The notes under the pieces: model-generated
Databases searched by the model: none
What the model was told of the DNA's origin: nothing
Seen by the model: only the letters and a program-made list of their open reading frames with translations
Shown here: positions 36,176-45,359 of the stretch, piece after piece
Layout: each line of letters starts with the position of its first letter
How positions within the stretch are numbered: position 1 is the stretch's first letter
Made by a program: the position numbers and the translations under genes
Origin: Escherichia phage LL5
Sequence record: NC_047985.1
Strand: one strand, 5' to 3'
Length of the DNA stretch: 49,788 bases

Positions 36176-38149
36176 ATGATTCCTAACATTGAAAAGCAGA
36201 TCGCCGATCTCGGAGAAGAAAAGATCAGAGAAATCCAGAAACGATTCACGGTTGGCGATATTGTCCCTTACGAATATCAATGCGTTGCGTATGTTGAGAT
36301 CGCAAAGCGCATAAGCAGATATGAGCACCCATTCTTTGTTAAAGCGGCTGTATCGGCTGGCAAAACAATTACGTTTGCTATGGTTGCGTCACAATGCCGC
36401 AAAATGGCATTAAAGGCTTTATTTCTTGCGCGTCAGTCTGAAATTGTCGATCAGGATTCGAAAGAAATTAGCGCCTTTGGTGTTCCGAATTCCGTTTATT
36501 GCGCTGGCCTGAATACCAAGAGCGCTTATTTCCCGATTGTTGTCGGATCGGAAGGTACTGTAATTGGCGGATTGAATAAGGCGTTAGGTGATTACGTCCC
36601 ACAGGTTTTAGGTATAGATGAATGTCATCAAGTAAACTGGAATGATATTGTTGAAGCCGATGAAAACGGCGAAAGCATAGAGCAGATGATGACGCCGAAA
36701 GGGGAACCAGTAGAAGGGAATCCGTTGCTGATTGGTACAGGCCGCGCACAATACACAATTATTATTTTTGAAATGCGCCGTCGTTGTCGTGAGGTTCACG
36801 GTCATGAATTGCGCATATTTGGAATGACAGGATCGGAATATCGGGGAATTGATCCAATATTGGTTGAAGATAAGCGAATCCCTGGATTTTGGCGCGAACA
36901 GGTAACAAACATTGATACTGATTACCTGGTTAAATTCGGCTCAGTTGTTCCAACTTATTTTGGCAATGTTGGTGATTTGGGTTACGACTTATCAGAATTT
37001 ACGCCAGTGCATGAATTTGGCGTTGCTGATTATGACCAGAAGCAATTAAAGGCCATGAGTGACAAGATTCACCAATCAGGAACCATGACGCAGAAAATAA
37101 TGCAGATGGTTCACGAGGTGATGAAAAACCGCTTGTGCGCTCTTGTTACTTGCGCTGACGAAAGGCACTGCAAAGAGGCAGCGGCGGCGCTTCCGTCTGG
37201 CACGAAATATCACATTATTACCGGAAAAACTGGAGAGAAACAGCGGCGCTTATGGCTTGAGGATGCCTATGAAGGGCGAGTGAAATATATTTTCCAGGTT
37301 CAGGCTCTAACAACTGGCGTTAACGTTCCGCCGTGGGATACCTCTGTTATTTTGCGCAAGATCGGAAGTCTTACGCTATTAACTCAGCTTTTGGGTCGTG
37401 GTATGCGTCAATTAAAGACTTACCACAAAGAAGTTTTGGGAATGCACAAAACAGATCATCTTGTTTTGGACTTTTCCGGCACGATGTTTGAAATGGGTAA
37501 TTTGTATTTCGATCCAATGCTTGAGCAAGCGCAATTCCAGTTGCGTAAATCGCAGGATAAAGATCCGAAATTTTGCCCGATTTGCGGCACGGAAAATTCA
37601 TTCTATGCTCGCCGTTGCATTAATGAAGATGAAAACGGAAATCGTTGTGAGCACTTTTGGACGTTTCAAACGTGTGATGATCAGATTGATGACCGCACAA
37701 AGAAAATAACGGTAAAAGGTTGTGGTGCAAAAAATGACGTTGCGGCGCGTGTATGCCGTTGCTGTAATGTTCAGTTACGCGATCCAAATGATAACTTATC
37801 CGGCAAGATGTACCGTAAAAACGATTGGTGCGACGTGTTAGATTTTAATGTGACGCTGACAAAAAACCAGGCTGGAGTAATATTCTGCTACACGTTGCGT
37901 GATAGTGGCGGCGTAGAATTCAGGGCATACGAAAAATATTTCCCTGAATCAGAACACAAGATATGTAAAACGCTTTGGACAAAGGCGGTTAGAACACACG
38001 TTATAGATCGCCAGGCTGCAAACTTTATGATCACTTGCAGAAATGCAATTAAGATCATGAGTTATACTGGGCAAATATTGCCGCCAAAACGTGTTACCCA
38101 TCGCAAGAACACAAAGAAAGAAGATTTGATCGCACAGAAGGAGTTTTAA
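36176..38149 (+). CDS. SF2 (DEAD/DEAH-box) helicase with C-terminal zinc ribbons
   Basis: motif I AAVSAGKT, motif II DECH, motif VI QLLGRGMR; C-terminal CPICG...C..C and CRCC clusters. Confidence 0.85.
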   Translation: MIPNIEKQIADLGEEKIREIQKRFTVGDIVPYEYQCVAYVEIAKRISRYEHPFFVKAAVSAGKTITFAMVASQCRKMALKALFLARQSEIVDQDSKEISAFGVPNSVYCAGLNTKSAYFPIVVGSEGTVIGGLNKALGDYVPQVLGIDECHQVNWNDIVEADENGESIEQMMTPKGEPVEGNPLLIGTGRAQYTIIIFEMRRRCREVHGHELRIFGMTGSEYRGIDPILVEDKRIPGFWREQVTNIDTDYLVKFGSVVPTYFGNVGDLGYDLSEFTPVHEFGVADYDQKQLKAMSDKIHQSGTMTQKIMQMVHEVMKNRLCALVTCADERHCKEAAAALPSGTKYHIITGKTGEKQRRLWLEDAYEGRVKYIFQVQALTTGVNVPPWDTSVILRKIGSLTLLTQLLGRGMRQLKTYHKEVLGMHKTDHLVLDFSGTMFEMGNLYFDPMLEQAQFQLRKSQDKDPKFCPICGTENSFYARRCINEDENGNRCEHFWTFQTCDDQIDDRTKKITVKGCGAKNDVAARVCRCCNVQLRDPNDNLSGKMYRKNDWCDVLDFNVTLTKNQAGVIFCYTLRDSGGVEFRAYEKYFPESEHKICKTLWTKAVRTHVIDRQAANFMITCRNAIKIMSYTGQILPPKRVTHRKNTKKEDLIAQKEF

Positions 38150-38151
38150 AG

Positions 38152-38559
38152 ATGGTTACTGACAAAGGAGATTATCTGGAGTATTACAACAAATCAGATC
38201 CAGACGATAGGAAGGAGGAAGCGCACCAGGTTGATTCTTATTCATGGCTAACATATGAGTTTCCCATGTGGCTTGTTTGGCACACTAAAAACGAGGGGAA
38301 GAAAACCATAGGCACAGCCGTAAAGGATAAGCAAGCGGGTGTGAAGAAGGGAGTTAGCGACATTCTAATTCTGACTGGTTTTATTGGCTGCAAGTATTCA
38401 TTTATAGCCATTGAGCTTAAACGCGCCAACAAGAAAGGCACGAAGGTAAGCTACGAACAAAAGGAATTCTTGCGACGTGTCAGAGAGTGCGGAGGATTTG
38501 CCGCCGTATGCTATGGAGTAGAGCAAGTAAAATTGGCTATCGCAGACGCTACAAAATAG
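38152..38559 (+). CDS. VRR-NUC domain nuclease
   Basis: GVSDILIL...IAIELKR...YEQKEFL core. Confidence 0.65.
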   Translation: MVTDKGDYLEYYNKSDPDDRKEEAHQVDSYSWLTYEFPMWLVWHTKNEGKKTIGTAVKDKQAGVKKGVSDILILTGFIGCKYSFIAIELKRANKKGTKVSYEQKEFLRRVRECGGFAAVCYGVEQVKLAIADATK

Positions 38560-38575
38560 CACTTTTTGTTAAAAC
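38554..38575 (+). promoter_or_regulatory. conserved box copy 9 (AAATAGCACTTTTTGTTAAAAC)
   Basis: TAG is the VRR-NUC stop; hairpin GGCGCA/TGCGCC 38577-38594 then CATAAT; 74 nt upstream of ATG 38631. Confidence 0.7.
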
Positions 38576-38630
38576 AGGCGCAACGGAATGCGCCATAATG
38601 CACCCATCAGAACGAAACGGAGAATTAACC

Positions 38631-38909
38631 ATGAAAAAGATGTTATCAGTAGTTGCTTTATCACTTGCTCTTGTCGGTTGCATGGATAAACCCAAAACAT
38701 ATATTTGCGGAAATGAAGCGTTTGAGGTTACAAGCGACTATATGAAAGTTGTGCAAGGAAAAAGCACAGGCGTTGTAATGGATAATATCAGCAAAAATCA
38801 ATATAAGTTGTTTACGCCAATTGGAACGGCTTTCTACACAGTTAATGAAAACACAATTGATATTAAAGTTGGCGTTTATCAGAACACTCTAACTTGCGAG
38901 GTAAAATAA
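38631..38909 (+). CDS. small lipoprotein (candidate receptor-blocking superinfection-exclusion protein)
   Basis: signal peptide MKKMLSVVALSLALVGC with lipobox LVGC; function is speculative. Confidence 0.6.
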   Translation: MKKMLSVVALSLALVGCMDKPKTYICGNEAFEVTSDYMKVVQGKSTGVVMDNISKNQYKLFTPIGTAFYTVNENTIDIKVGVYQNTLTCEVK

Positions 38910-38910
38910 A

Positions 38911-39651
38911 ATGGCTAAAGATATTCAGGACAAAACCACAATTGACACTTTCGCACAGGAAATGTATTTTCATGAACTGCAACACGGCAGATATTCAGAT
39001 ATTGCGTTGCGTTCAGGTGGTCATTATCAGCCAGTTAGAGAAAACCCAATGTTCAAGGTTAGCGGAAACCGTTATGCAGGAAGCAAAACGCCGGACGTTG
39101 TGCGCGATTTGTGGGAAACGCCAGATGAAATTGTTGAATATCTTGCTGGACGTTACGGAAAATATGATCTTGATGCAGCCGCAACGGAAGATAACAAAAA
39201 ATGCGATAAGTTTTACAGCAAAGAAACAAACTGTTTAAAGCGTTGGTGGGGTAGCAATAAGCACGTTTGGTTAAATCCACCATATAGCAATCCAGATCCA
39301 TTTATCAAAAAAGCAATTGAGCAGATGGAACACGGAAATCAGATTGATATTTTGCTTCCCGCTGATAATTCGACGGCATGGTTTAGTGACGCACAAAAAC
39401 ACGCGGCAGAAATTATCTGGATTACTGGTGAAACCTGGAAGGATGAAGAAGGTCGCGAATATTCCAGAACTGGTCGAGTAGCGTTTATTTCTGGCATGAC
39501 AGGTGAGCCAGTTAGCGGAAACAATAAAGGTAGTGTAATTTTTATCATGCGCCAATTGGAAGAAGGTGAGCAACAGCAAACGCACTATGTGAAGATTAGC
39601 GACATTTGCCCTTCCGTAAAAAATAAACGAGCCAAAGCGCGGAGTATTTAA
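38911..39651 (+). CDS. DNA N6-adenine methyltransferase (phage Dam-type)
   Basis: DLDAAAT (motif I-like) and NPPYS (motif IV). Confidence 0.85.
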   Translation: MAKDIQDKTTIDTFAQEMYFHELQHGRYSDIALRSGGHYQPVRENPMFKVSGNRYAGSKTPDVVRDLWETPDEIVEYLAGRYGKYDLDAAATEDNKKCDKFYSKETNCLKRWWGSNKHVWLNPPYSNPDPFIKKAIEQMEHGNQIDILLPADNSTAWFSDAQKHAAEIIWITGETWKDEEGREYSRTGRVAFISGMTGEPVSGNNKGSVIFIMRQLEEGEQQQTHYVKISDICPSVKNKRAKARSI

Positions 39652-39652
39652 A

Positions 39653-39883
39653 ATGAGCATTCGATTAGCCGATCACATGAAATGGGATTTATTTGTCGGT
39701 ATGACAATTCGCTTACTTGATAAGCATGGTTATAACGATGATAAAATGGAGTTGATAAACTGCCTGGATATGACATTTGACGAAATCAAAGTTGCGCCTT
39801 TGTACATGTGGGAAAGAAAAATTGAGCACGACCTGATACAATACAAACGCAGAGAGGGCGCACGATTTTTTAATGTGAAATAG
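39653..39883 (+). CDS. hypothetical protein (76 aa)
   Basis: start adjacent to MTase stop; stop TAG inside box copy 10. Confidence 0.5.
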   Translation: MSIRLADHMKWDLFVGMTIRLLDKHGYNDDKMELINCLDMTFDEIKVAPLYMWERKIEHDLIQYKRREGARFFNVK

Positions 39884-39899
39884 CACTTTTTGTTAAAAC
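39878..39899 (+). promoter_or_regulatory. conserved box copy 10 (AAATAGCACTTTTTGTTAAAAC)
   Basis: followed by CCCGCTACGGCGGG plus TTTT (same hairpin as after copy 12); 74 nt upstream of ATG 39955. Confidence 0.7.
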
Positions 39900-39954
39900 C
39901 CGCTACGGCGGGTTTTGTATTATGTTCTTAACGGAAAACAAGAGGATTTCAAAA

Positions 39955-40119
39955 ATGAAAATCGTAAACGTCGAATACTTCAAAGATGCGCAATGGCTGG
40001 CTAAAGAATCATTATTTATGCTTGATCGCAAAAATCCAAAGGTTATTGCACAAATACTTTGGAATGACGCAATGGAGTTACTTAAAAAGGCTTACGGTTA
40101 TGAAAGTGACAAAAGGTAA
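39955..40119 (+). CDS. hypothetical protein (54 aa)
   Basis: AGAGGA SD; same frame stays open after TAA for 74 more codons. Confidence 0.45.
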   Translation: MKIVNVEYFKDAQWLAKESLFMLDRKNPKVIAQILWNDAMELLKKAYGYESDKR

Positions 40120-40224
40120 AAGGAAACTTGGGAGTTAGCGAAAAAAGGCGGTCTTGATGATGGGATCGCCAAAATAGCGCAATATTTCGATATTAAAGAC
40201 GTGTGCATTATTGTAGGTGATGAA

Positions 40225-40341
40225 ATGGCGTATGTGGATGAAAAGCCGCGACGTGTTCACCGTGTTCCAGCAATACCAACTACAATCGACTATAAAGAAG
40301 TTATTAACAAAACTAAAGAGCAAAAGAAAAGGTTTAAGTGA
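40225..40341 (+). CDS. hypothetical small protein (38 aa)
   Basis: AGGTGA SD; lies in downstream part of the frame opened after TAA at 40117. Confidence 0.3.
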   Translation: MAYVDEKPRRVHRVPAIPTTIDYKEVINKTKEQKKRFK

Positions 40342-40823
40342 TTATGTGGAGCGATATATTTTATTACAAAGATGGTGTTATTTATTGGAAGGTAAGGATG
40401 AACGGAAGAAACGGAGGTGTTAAGCCTGGGGATATTGCAGGATGTAAGAATGAATATGGATACGTTGTGATTGGTTATAATGGAAAGTTGTATTATAGAC
40501 ACTCTATAGTTTGGGAAATGCATAATGGCAAAATTCCAGATGGTTTTATTATAGATCATAAAAATCCTGTTGTTGATGGTCTTGAATCAGATGACAGAAT
40601 AGAAAATCTTAGAATAATAAAACACGCAGATAATTTAAGGAAGGGATCTAATAGGTTAAGATCCAGTAATTCAAGCGGCATAACAGGAGTTTCATATATA
40701 AAACAACATGATTGCTGGAGGGCTGCAATTTGCGTAAATGGTAAAAAGATGCAAAGGAATTTCAAGTCAATTGATGCAGCAATTAATCAGCGTGTTTATT
40801 GGGAATCTATTTATATAAAATGA
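40338..40823 (+). CDS. HNH homing endonuclease with AP2-type DNA-binding domain
   Basis: HNH core HSIVWEMHNGKIPDGFIIDHKNPVVDG...ENLRIIKHADN; AP2-like GITGVSYIKQHDCWRAAICVNGKK; ATG at 40344; AT-rich region. Confidence 0.8.
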   Translation: MIMWSDIFYYKDGVIYWKVRMNGRNGGVKPGDIAGCKNEYGYVVIGYNGKLYYRHSIVWEMHNGKIPDGFIIDHKNPVVDGLESDDRIENLRIIKHADNLRKGSNRLRSSNSSGITGVSYIKQHDCWRAAICVNGKKMQRNFKSIDAAINQRVYWESIYIK

Positions 40824-40906
40824 GATACATTTATGTTATTTTGTTGCCGCCTGTTATCGCTTGGGTTATTATGTACGCTGTTGTTATGAATTAAGAGGAT
40901 GTTAAA

Positions 40907-42022
40907 ATGAGTTTAAAAAAGATTACCGACGAGCAATTGATCGCTGAACGTGAGGCGGGTTTAAAACTGCGTGAGATTGCGGAAAAATACGGAATGAGCT
41001 TGCGCCAGGTTGAGCACCGACACAGTAAATTGGCTAAACGTGGTGAAATATCAACAATCGGATCACCTGGCTTTGCGGTAATTGGTGAATCACAGCTTAA
41101 ACGTGCAAATGGTGAGGTTGTAATGACCTGGACTAAAACGCACAAAGACAAAGCGCAATTAGAGGCAATAATGCAAGCGGCTATGGCTGCATTTTCTGAC
41201 GAATTGCCACGCCTTGAGCCTAAACCGGAAAAGATTACTGACTATTCGAAAACGCTTGCTCTATATCCGATCTTTGATATTCACATTGGCGCAATGGCTC
41301 ATAAGCATGAAAGCGGTGAGAATTACGACACGGCAACGGCGGAAAACGTCATGAATGAGTTTTTCGATTATGCAGTTTATAAAGCGCCGAATAGCGAAAA
41401 GGCTGTATTGCTGATTGGTGGTGATATGATTCACAGTGACGGATTAGAAGCCGTCACACCTGCAAGCGGTCACGTATTGGATCAAGATTCACGTTATGCA
41501 AAACTGGTTTATGTTGCCATTCGTGCCACGCGTCGAGCAGTAAGCCGGATGCTTGAAAAGCATAAAGAAGTTGAGATCCAGATCATTGAGGGTAATCACG
41601 ACCAATCAGGAATGATCTGGCTACGTGCTGCAATGGCGGCGGCGTATGAGAATGAGCCACGCGTAAAGGTTGATGTTTCTCCGCGTGTCGTGCATCACAC
41701 TCAATATGGTAAAACGTTCCTGGCTTATCATCATGGTCACACTGTACGCAAGCCAGAAACGCTTTTAATGATGTGTGCAGCGGATTGGCGGGAAGATTTC
41801 GGAAACTCCAATTCAATGTATGCTCATGTAGGGCATTGGCATCATCAGACTGTGACGGAAACTAGCTTGGGCATTGTTGAGGTTCATAGCACTATGGCGG
41901 CTAAAGATGCTTATGCGGCTCGTGGCGGTTGGCGTTCACGTCGCAGAGCGGCGGTAATTATTTACGATAAGGAATATGGCGAAATAGGAAGATTTATGTT
42001 TTACCCTGAAATGATTGCTTAA
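40907..42022 (+). CDS. calcineurin-like metallophosphoesterase with N-terminal HTH
   Basis: DIHIG, GGDMIHSD, GNHD, HHGH, GHWHH motifs; N-terminal EREAGLKLREIAEKYGMSLRQV. Confidence 0.75.
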   Translation: MSLKKITDEQLIAEREAGLKLREIAEKYGMSLRQVEHRHSKLAKRGEISTIGSPGFAVIGESQLKRANGEVVMTWTKTHKDKAQLEAIMQAAMAAFSDELPRLEPKPEKITDYSKTLALYPIFDIHIGAMAHKHESGENYDTATAENVMNEFFDYAVYKAPNSEKAVLLIGGDMIHSDGLEAVTPASGHVLDQDSRYAKLVYVAIRATRRAVSRMLEKHKEVEIQIIEGNHDQSGMIWLRAAMAAAYENEPRVKVDVSPRVVHHTQYGKTFLAYHHGHTVRKPETLLMMCAADWREDFGNSNSMYAHVGHWHHQTVTETSLGIVEVHSTMAAKDAYAARGGWRSRRRAAVIIYDKEYGEIGRFMFYPEMIA

Positions 42023-42040
42023 TTAAATTATCAAGAAAAA

Positions 42041-42066
42041 GGCTGGCTAAGTGCTGGCCTTTTTTT
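42041..42066 (+). terminator. terminator hairpin (with G.U pairs) plus T7
   Basis: GGCTGGC-TAAGT-GCTGGCC then TTTTTTT. Confidence 0.5.
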
Positions 42067-42133
42067 GTTTTTGTGGTTAACATATTCACACTAATTTTTG
42101 CATTTACATTTTAATTTAATTGAGGATCAGATT

Positions 42134-42358
42134 ATGAGGGACTTTCTTTTAATGGCGCAAAACTCTTTCGGAGGTGCAACGGTAGTTGGATCTTTTACTG
42201 GTGAGTTTTTGCTTGCACTTGCTACGTTTATTTTGTTCGCTATTTTCGGCTGTTGGGGCGCATGGCTGAAATGGCGTGATAGTAAAGCGATCCGAGAGGC
42301 TTTAGATTCAGGGGATTTAAAAACAGCGCTTAATCTACGGCAGAAAGAGAGGGTATAA
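42134..42358 (+). CDS. holin (dual-start, two TM segments)
   Basis: GAGGA SD; dual-start Met pattern MRDFLLMAQ; two hydrophobic helices; directly upstream of endolysin. Confidence 0.7.
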   Translation: MRDFLLMAQNSFGGATVVGSFTGEFLLALATFILFAIFGCWGAWLKWRDSKAIREALDSGDLKTALNLRQKERV

Positions 42359-42798
42359 TGACAATCAAGAAAGGTATAGCCGCCACCGTCACAGGGGCGG
42401 CTTTAATGTTGGCATCGCCTTTGATTGAAGAAATTGAGGGCGTAAAGTATAAGCCTTACAAGGATATTGCTGGAATCTGGACGGTATGCCACGGCATTAC
42501 CGGAAAGGATGTGATTCTTGGAAAGGAATATACCAGGAGAGAATGTGACGCGCTATTAGCAAAGCATATGAAAGTAGCGGCTGACGCTGTTGATAAGGCG
42601 GTTAATGTTGAAATTCCTTTATCAATGCGAGCGGCTTTATACTCATTTACTTTCAATGCTGGTACTGGTGCGTTTCGTAAGTCAACCATGCTGAAAAAGA
42701 TCAACAATGGTGATCTATGGGGCGGTTGTGGCGAGCTATGGAACTGGACATATTACAGGAACCCTAAAACGGGTAAAAGGAAAAATCAAGAGGATTGA
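42358..42798 (+). CDS. endolysin (GH24 lysozyme, possible N-terminal SAR anchor)
   Basis: catalytic region EEIEGVKYKPYKDIAGIWTVCHGIT; N-terminal Gly/Ala-rich weakly hydrophobic segment. Confidence 0.9.
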   Translation: MTIKKGIAATVTGAALMLASPLIEEIEGVKYKPYKDIAGIWTVCHGITGKDVILGKEYTRRECDALLAKHMKVAADAVDKAVNVEIPLSMRAALYSFTFNAGTGAFRKSTMLKKINNGDLWGGCGELWNWTYYRNPKTGKRKNQED

Positions 42799-42844
42799 AG
42801 AACCGCCGCGCCGTCGAATATAAATATTGTGTGAGGGATCTTAA

Positions 42845-43249
42845 ATGAAATGGCTAAAATTGCTTTACCCGTTTGCAGTAATCATATTTGCGTGTTTTAT
42901 TGTAGCTTGTTCGCCGTCAAGCGTGTTACCTGGTCTGATTGGTAGCAAGCCTGATATAACGGCACAGGCTGGAGCTGAGAATGTGAAACAGACTGTTGGT
43001 GTAACCGCAAAGCAGGATACATCAAGCAAGCAGGAAACCACATTTAAAGAATCGGCTGTTGGAAAGGTTGACACGTCGAATAAAAAACAGGTGAGCACTT
43101 CAAGCATTAAGGCAGACAACATCACAGCGGAAAGAATAGAGATCCGCAATAATGATGGTCTTAATGTTACTGCAATCGCAATTGGTATATTGATGTTTAT
43201 TGCTGGTATGCTGGCAGGGTGGACACTTAAACGTAACAAGGCGGCATAA
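42845..43249 (+). CDS. unimolecular spanin (lipoprotein with C-terminal TM anchor)
   Basis: lipobox IVACS plus C-terminal TM AIAIGILMFIAGMLAGW; follows endolysin. Confidence 0.7.
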   Translation: MKWLKLLYPFAVIIFACFIVACSPSSVLPGLIGSKPDITAQAGAENVKQTVGVTAKQDTSSKQETTFKESAVGKVDTSNKKQVSTSSIKADNITAERIEIRNNDGLNVTAIAIGILMFIAGMLAGWTLKRNKAA

Positions 43250-43264
43250 GCCGCCTTTTCTTTT
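43240..43264. terminator. terminator hairpin overlapping spanin stop
   Basis: GGCGGC-ATAA-GCCGCC then TTTTCTTTT. Confidence 0.6.
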
Positions 43265-43265
43265 A

Positions 43266-43460
43266 CTAAAATTTTCTAACATGAATTAGCAATTCACCAT
43301 CATGATTTGTCAGTTGATGCTCTTGATCCCCAAACGCTCGCATATCGCTGTAAAGCAACAGCATTAACGCATATACAAAATCATCATGCGGAATTTGCAT
43401 TGCTGAACTTTCTTTCAAAATAAGATCTATAAAATGCTGGCTTGCTGAATAATTCTTCAT
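43266..43460 (-). CDS. hypothetical ORF (64 aa), possibly the frameshifted C-terminal part of the upstream gene
   Basis: no convincing SD; ends just before terminator. Confidence 0.3.
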   Translation of the reverse strand: MKNYSASQHFIDLILKESSAMQIPHDDFVYALMLLLYSDMRAFGDQEHQLTNHDGELLIHVRKF

Positions 43461-43776
43461 CGCTCATTTTCTCAATGTTCATCATCTCCCACACATAACG
43501 ATTGGAATCACCTTCCAAGCTATGCAACTCAAAATTAAACGGCCTTTTCATCTTGTTTTTGCACCAGTACACGCAATGAACGCCGTCAAGATATCCATAA
43601 CCCATCATTCGCGCTATAAACTCTTTGCTTGAGCTTGAAGCGAAATAGCGTGGCGTTATCCCCGCATTTTTGGCGAGCCTTTCACATTCACGGTGACGGA
43701 ATATAAATCTTGCTAACTCTTGGCGGTTGAATTTCTCGCGAGACTCGCAAAAGCGATACAGATCTAATAAGAACAT
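43384..43776 (-). CDS. hypothetical protein (130 aa)
   Basis: start overlaps stop of upstream P-loop gene; overlaps ORF 43266-43460 by 77 nt in another frame. Confidence 0.45.
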   Translation of the reverse strand: MFLLDLYRFCESREKFNRQELARFIFRHRECERLAKNAGITPRYFASSSSKEFIARMMGYGYLDGVHCVYWCKNKMKRPFNFELHSLEGDSNRYVWEMMNIEKMSDEELFSKPAFYRSYFERKFSNANSA

Positions 43777-43778
43777 GA

Positions 43779-45359
43779 TTACCCCATTAACGCCGGATTT
43801 ACATAAACAAATTTACCAACGCTGCAAACATAATTCTTTTCTTCAAGCATTGGCAATAATTGTTCCTCAATTCGTTTCATCACGCCTGATTGACCTGTAA
43901 ACGGCTTAACCTTACGCGCACTTTCATAGATAGCTCTTGCATTGGTAACTCCTTTATTTTGACGTGAGATCTTAATGATGATTTCAATTAACTTGCTCAT
44001 TTCGGCATCATCGCCAGCGTGACCTGAAGCATTCGCGGCGTTGATATATGTTTTGCTTAATTCGCTGAACATCACCAAAGCCTCTTGCATTGTCTCAACT
44101 TCAATTTCTCGAGACTTTTGCGGCGTACAGTTTGGATTAAACCAATTACGGATCGTGTGCAATACTGACGCAATGCGGATCACTTGCTTATCCATTTTAC
44201 CCAAAGCACCACGCAACATTGTATGTGAATATTTCCCGCCGTCTGCTAAATCTGGCTCTAATTGCTGGCGAGCAATATTAAGAACACGCATTGCAGAACG
44301 TGACGGCTTCAATACCACATTTTGTTCAGTCATAATGTTATGAATCAACTGGAAATATTGCGCCTTTAATTCTTTATCAACTGGCGTGTAATCAAGATCA
44401 CCATTTTCATCAATAAATACACGCTCGCCTAACATTGTTTTTTCACGTACAAGCAAGAAACGTTCACTAACACCAATACCCCGCGCCCCTGCATCCATGA
44501 TCCCTTTTATCGTTTCATCCTGGGCAATTACGCTCATGCAGCCCAACGCAACAAAACTCATATTGTTTTCAGAGGTGGCGCGAGCTATTGAAACGTGTCC
44601 TGCGTCCCATGCTTTTAGAACCAATTCACTGTTAGTCTTGCGATCACTATTAGCGTAAGTCAACCCTAGTAAGCTGTTGATGCTTGTTGCTTCATCGGAA
44701 ATGACAGCAAAGTTACCCTGGCGATTGTTAATCTTTGCTAACCCTTCCGGCGTGGTGTCTGATACCGGAAAAACGATATCGCACATTTTTTCTAACTTTT
44801 CCTCTAATTCCTCCTTTTCCTCAAACAACGCCGCTAACTCAGTGCCTGAACGTTCAGCTTTCAATTCCTTTTCAACGCCTTTTAATTTAGCCGCGATCTT
44901 CTTTCGCTCTTTCTTGCGTTGTTCGTTGATTCGCTCAACTTCACAGACCATTGGCGCAATAGCCAGGCTGTTGATTGCTGATTTACCAGTTGATGGCGGC
45001 TGACTGGTTACAACATAAAGCGCCGTTGGTTGTTCAGTGCCGTGGTACTCAACCTGGAAGCGTCCAACCATAGCTGCGGAAACGCAACCTATGAAATGCA
45101 TATAGGCCGATGATTCAGGAAATTGAACAGATTGCGCAATGCTGCGTGACAGTTTACCCACAACATCAACATCATTACCCAAAGAGATCACAGGATAACG
45201 GTCATTAGCTCCGTTGATATCCTTCACAGGTTCCCAAAAGCTGGACGATTGGCGGTAGCCGTTCGACTGAATAGCAACGCGAAGCGGCGATGTTCCCTGC
45301 GATTCTGCAATGGCTATAACTTGTTGAGGTGTCAATTTGTTGGTGTCAAAGTCAAACAT
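43779..45359 (-). CDS. P-loop NTPase (putative replicative helicase / DNA-dependent ATPase)
   Basis: Walker A QPPSTGKSA, Walker B FAVISDEAT; AGGAG SD. Confidence 0.55.
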   Translation of the reverse strand: MFDFDTNKLTPQQVIAIAESQGTSPLRVAIQSNGYRQSSSFWEPVKDINGANDRYPVISLGNDVDVVGKLSRSIAQSVQFPESSAYMHFIGCVSAAMVGRFQVEYHGTEQPTALYVVTSQPPSTGKSAINSLAIAPMVCEVERINEQRKKERKKIAAKLKGVEKELKAERSGTELAALFEEKEELEEKLEKMCDIVFPVSDTTPEGLAKINNRQGNFAVISDEATSINSLLGLTYANSDRKTNSELVLKAWDAGHVSIARATSENNMSFVALGCMSVIAQDETIKGIMDAGARGIGVSERFLLVREKTMLGERVFIDENGDLDYTPVDKELKAQYFQLIHNIMTEQNVVLKPSRSAMRVLNIARQQLEPDLADGGKYSHTMLRGALGKMDKQVIRIASVLHTIRNWFNPNCTPQKSREIEVETMQEALVMFSELSKTYINAANASGHAGDDAEMSKLIEIIIKISRQNKGVTNARAIYESARKVKPFTGQSGVMKRIEEQLLPMLEEKNYVCSVGKFVYVNPALMG

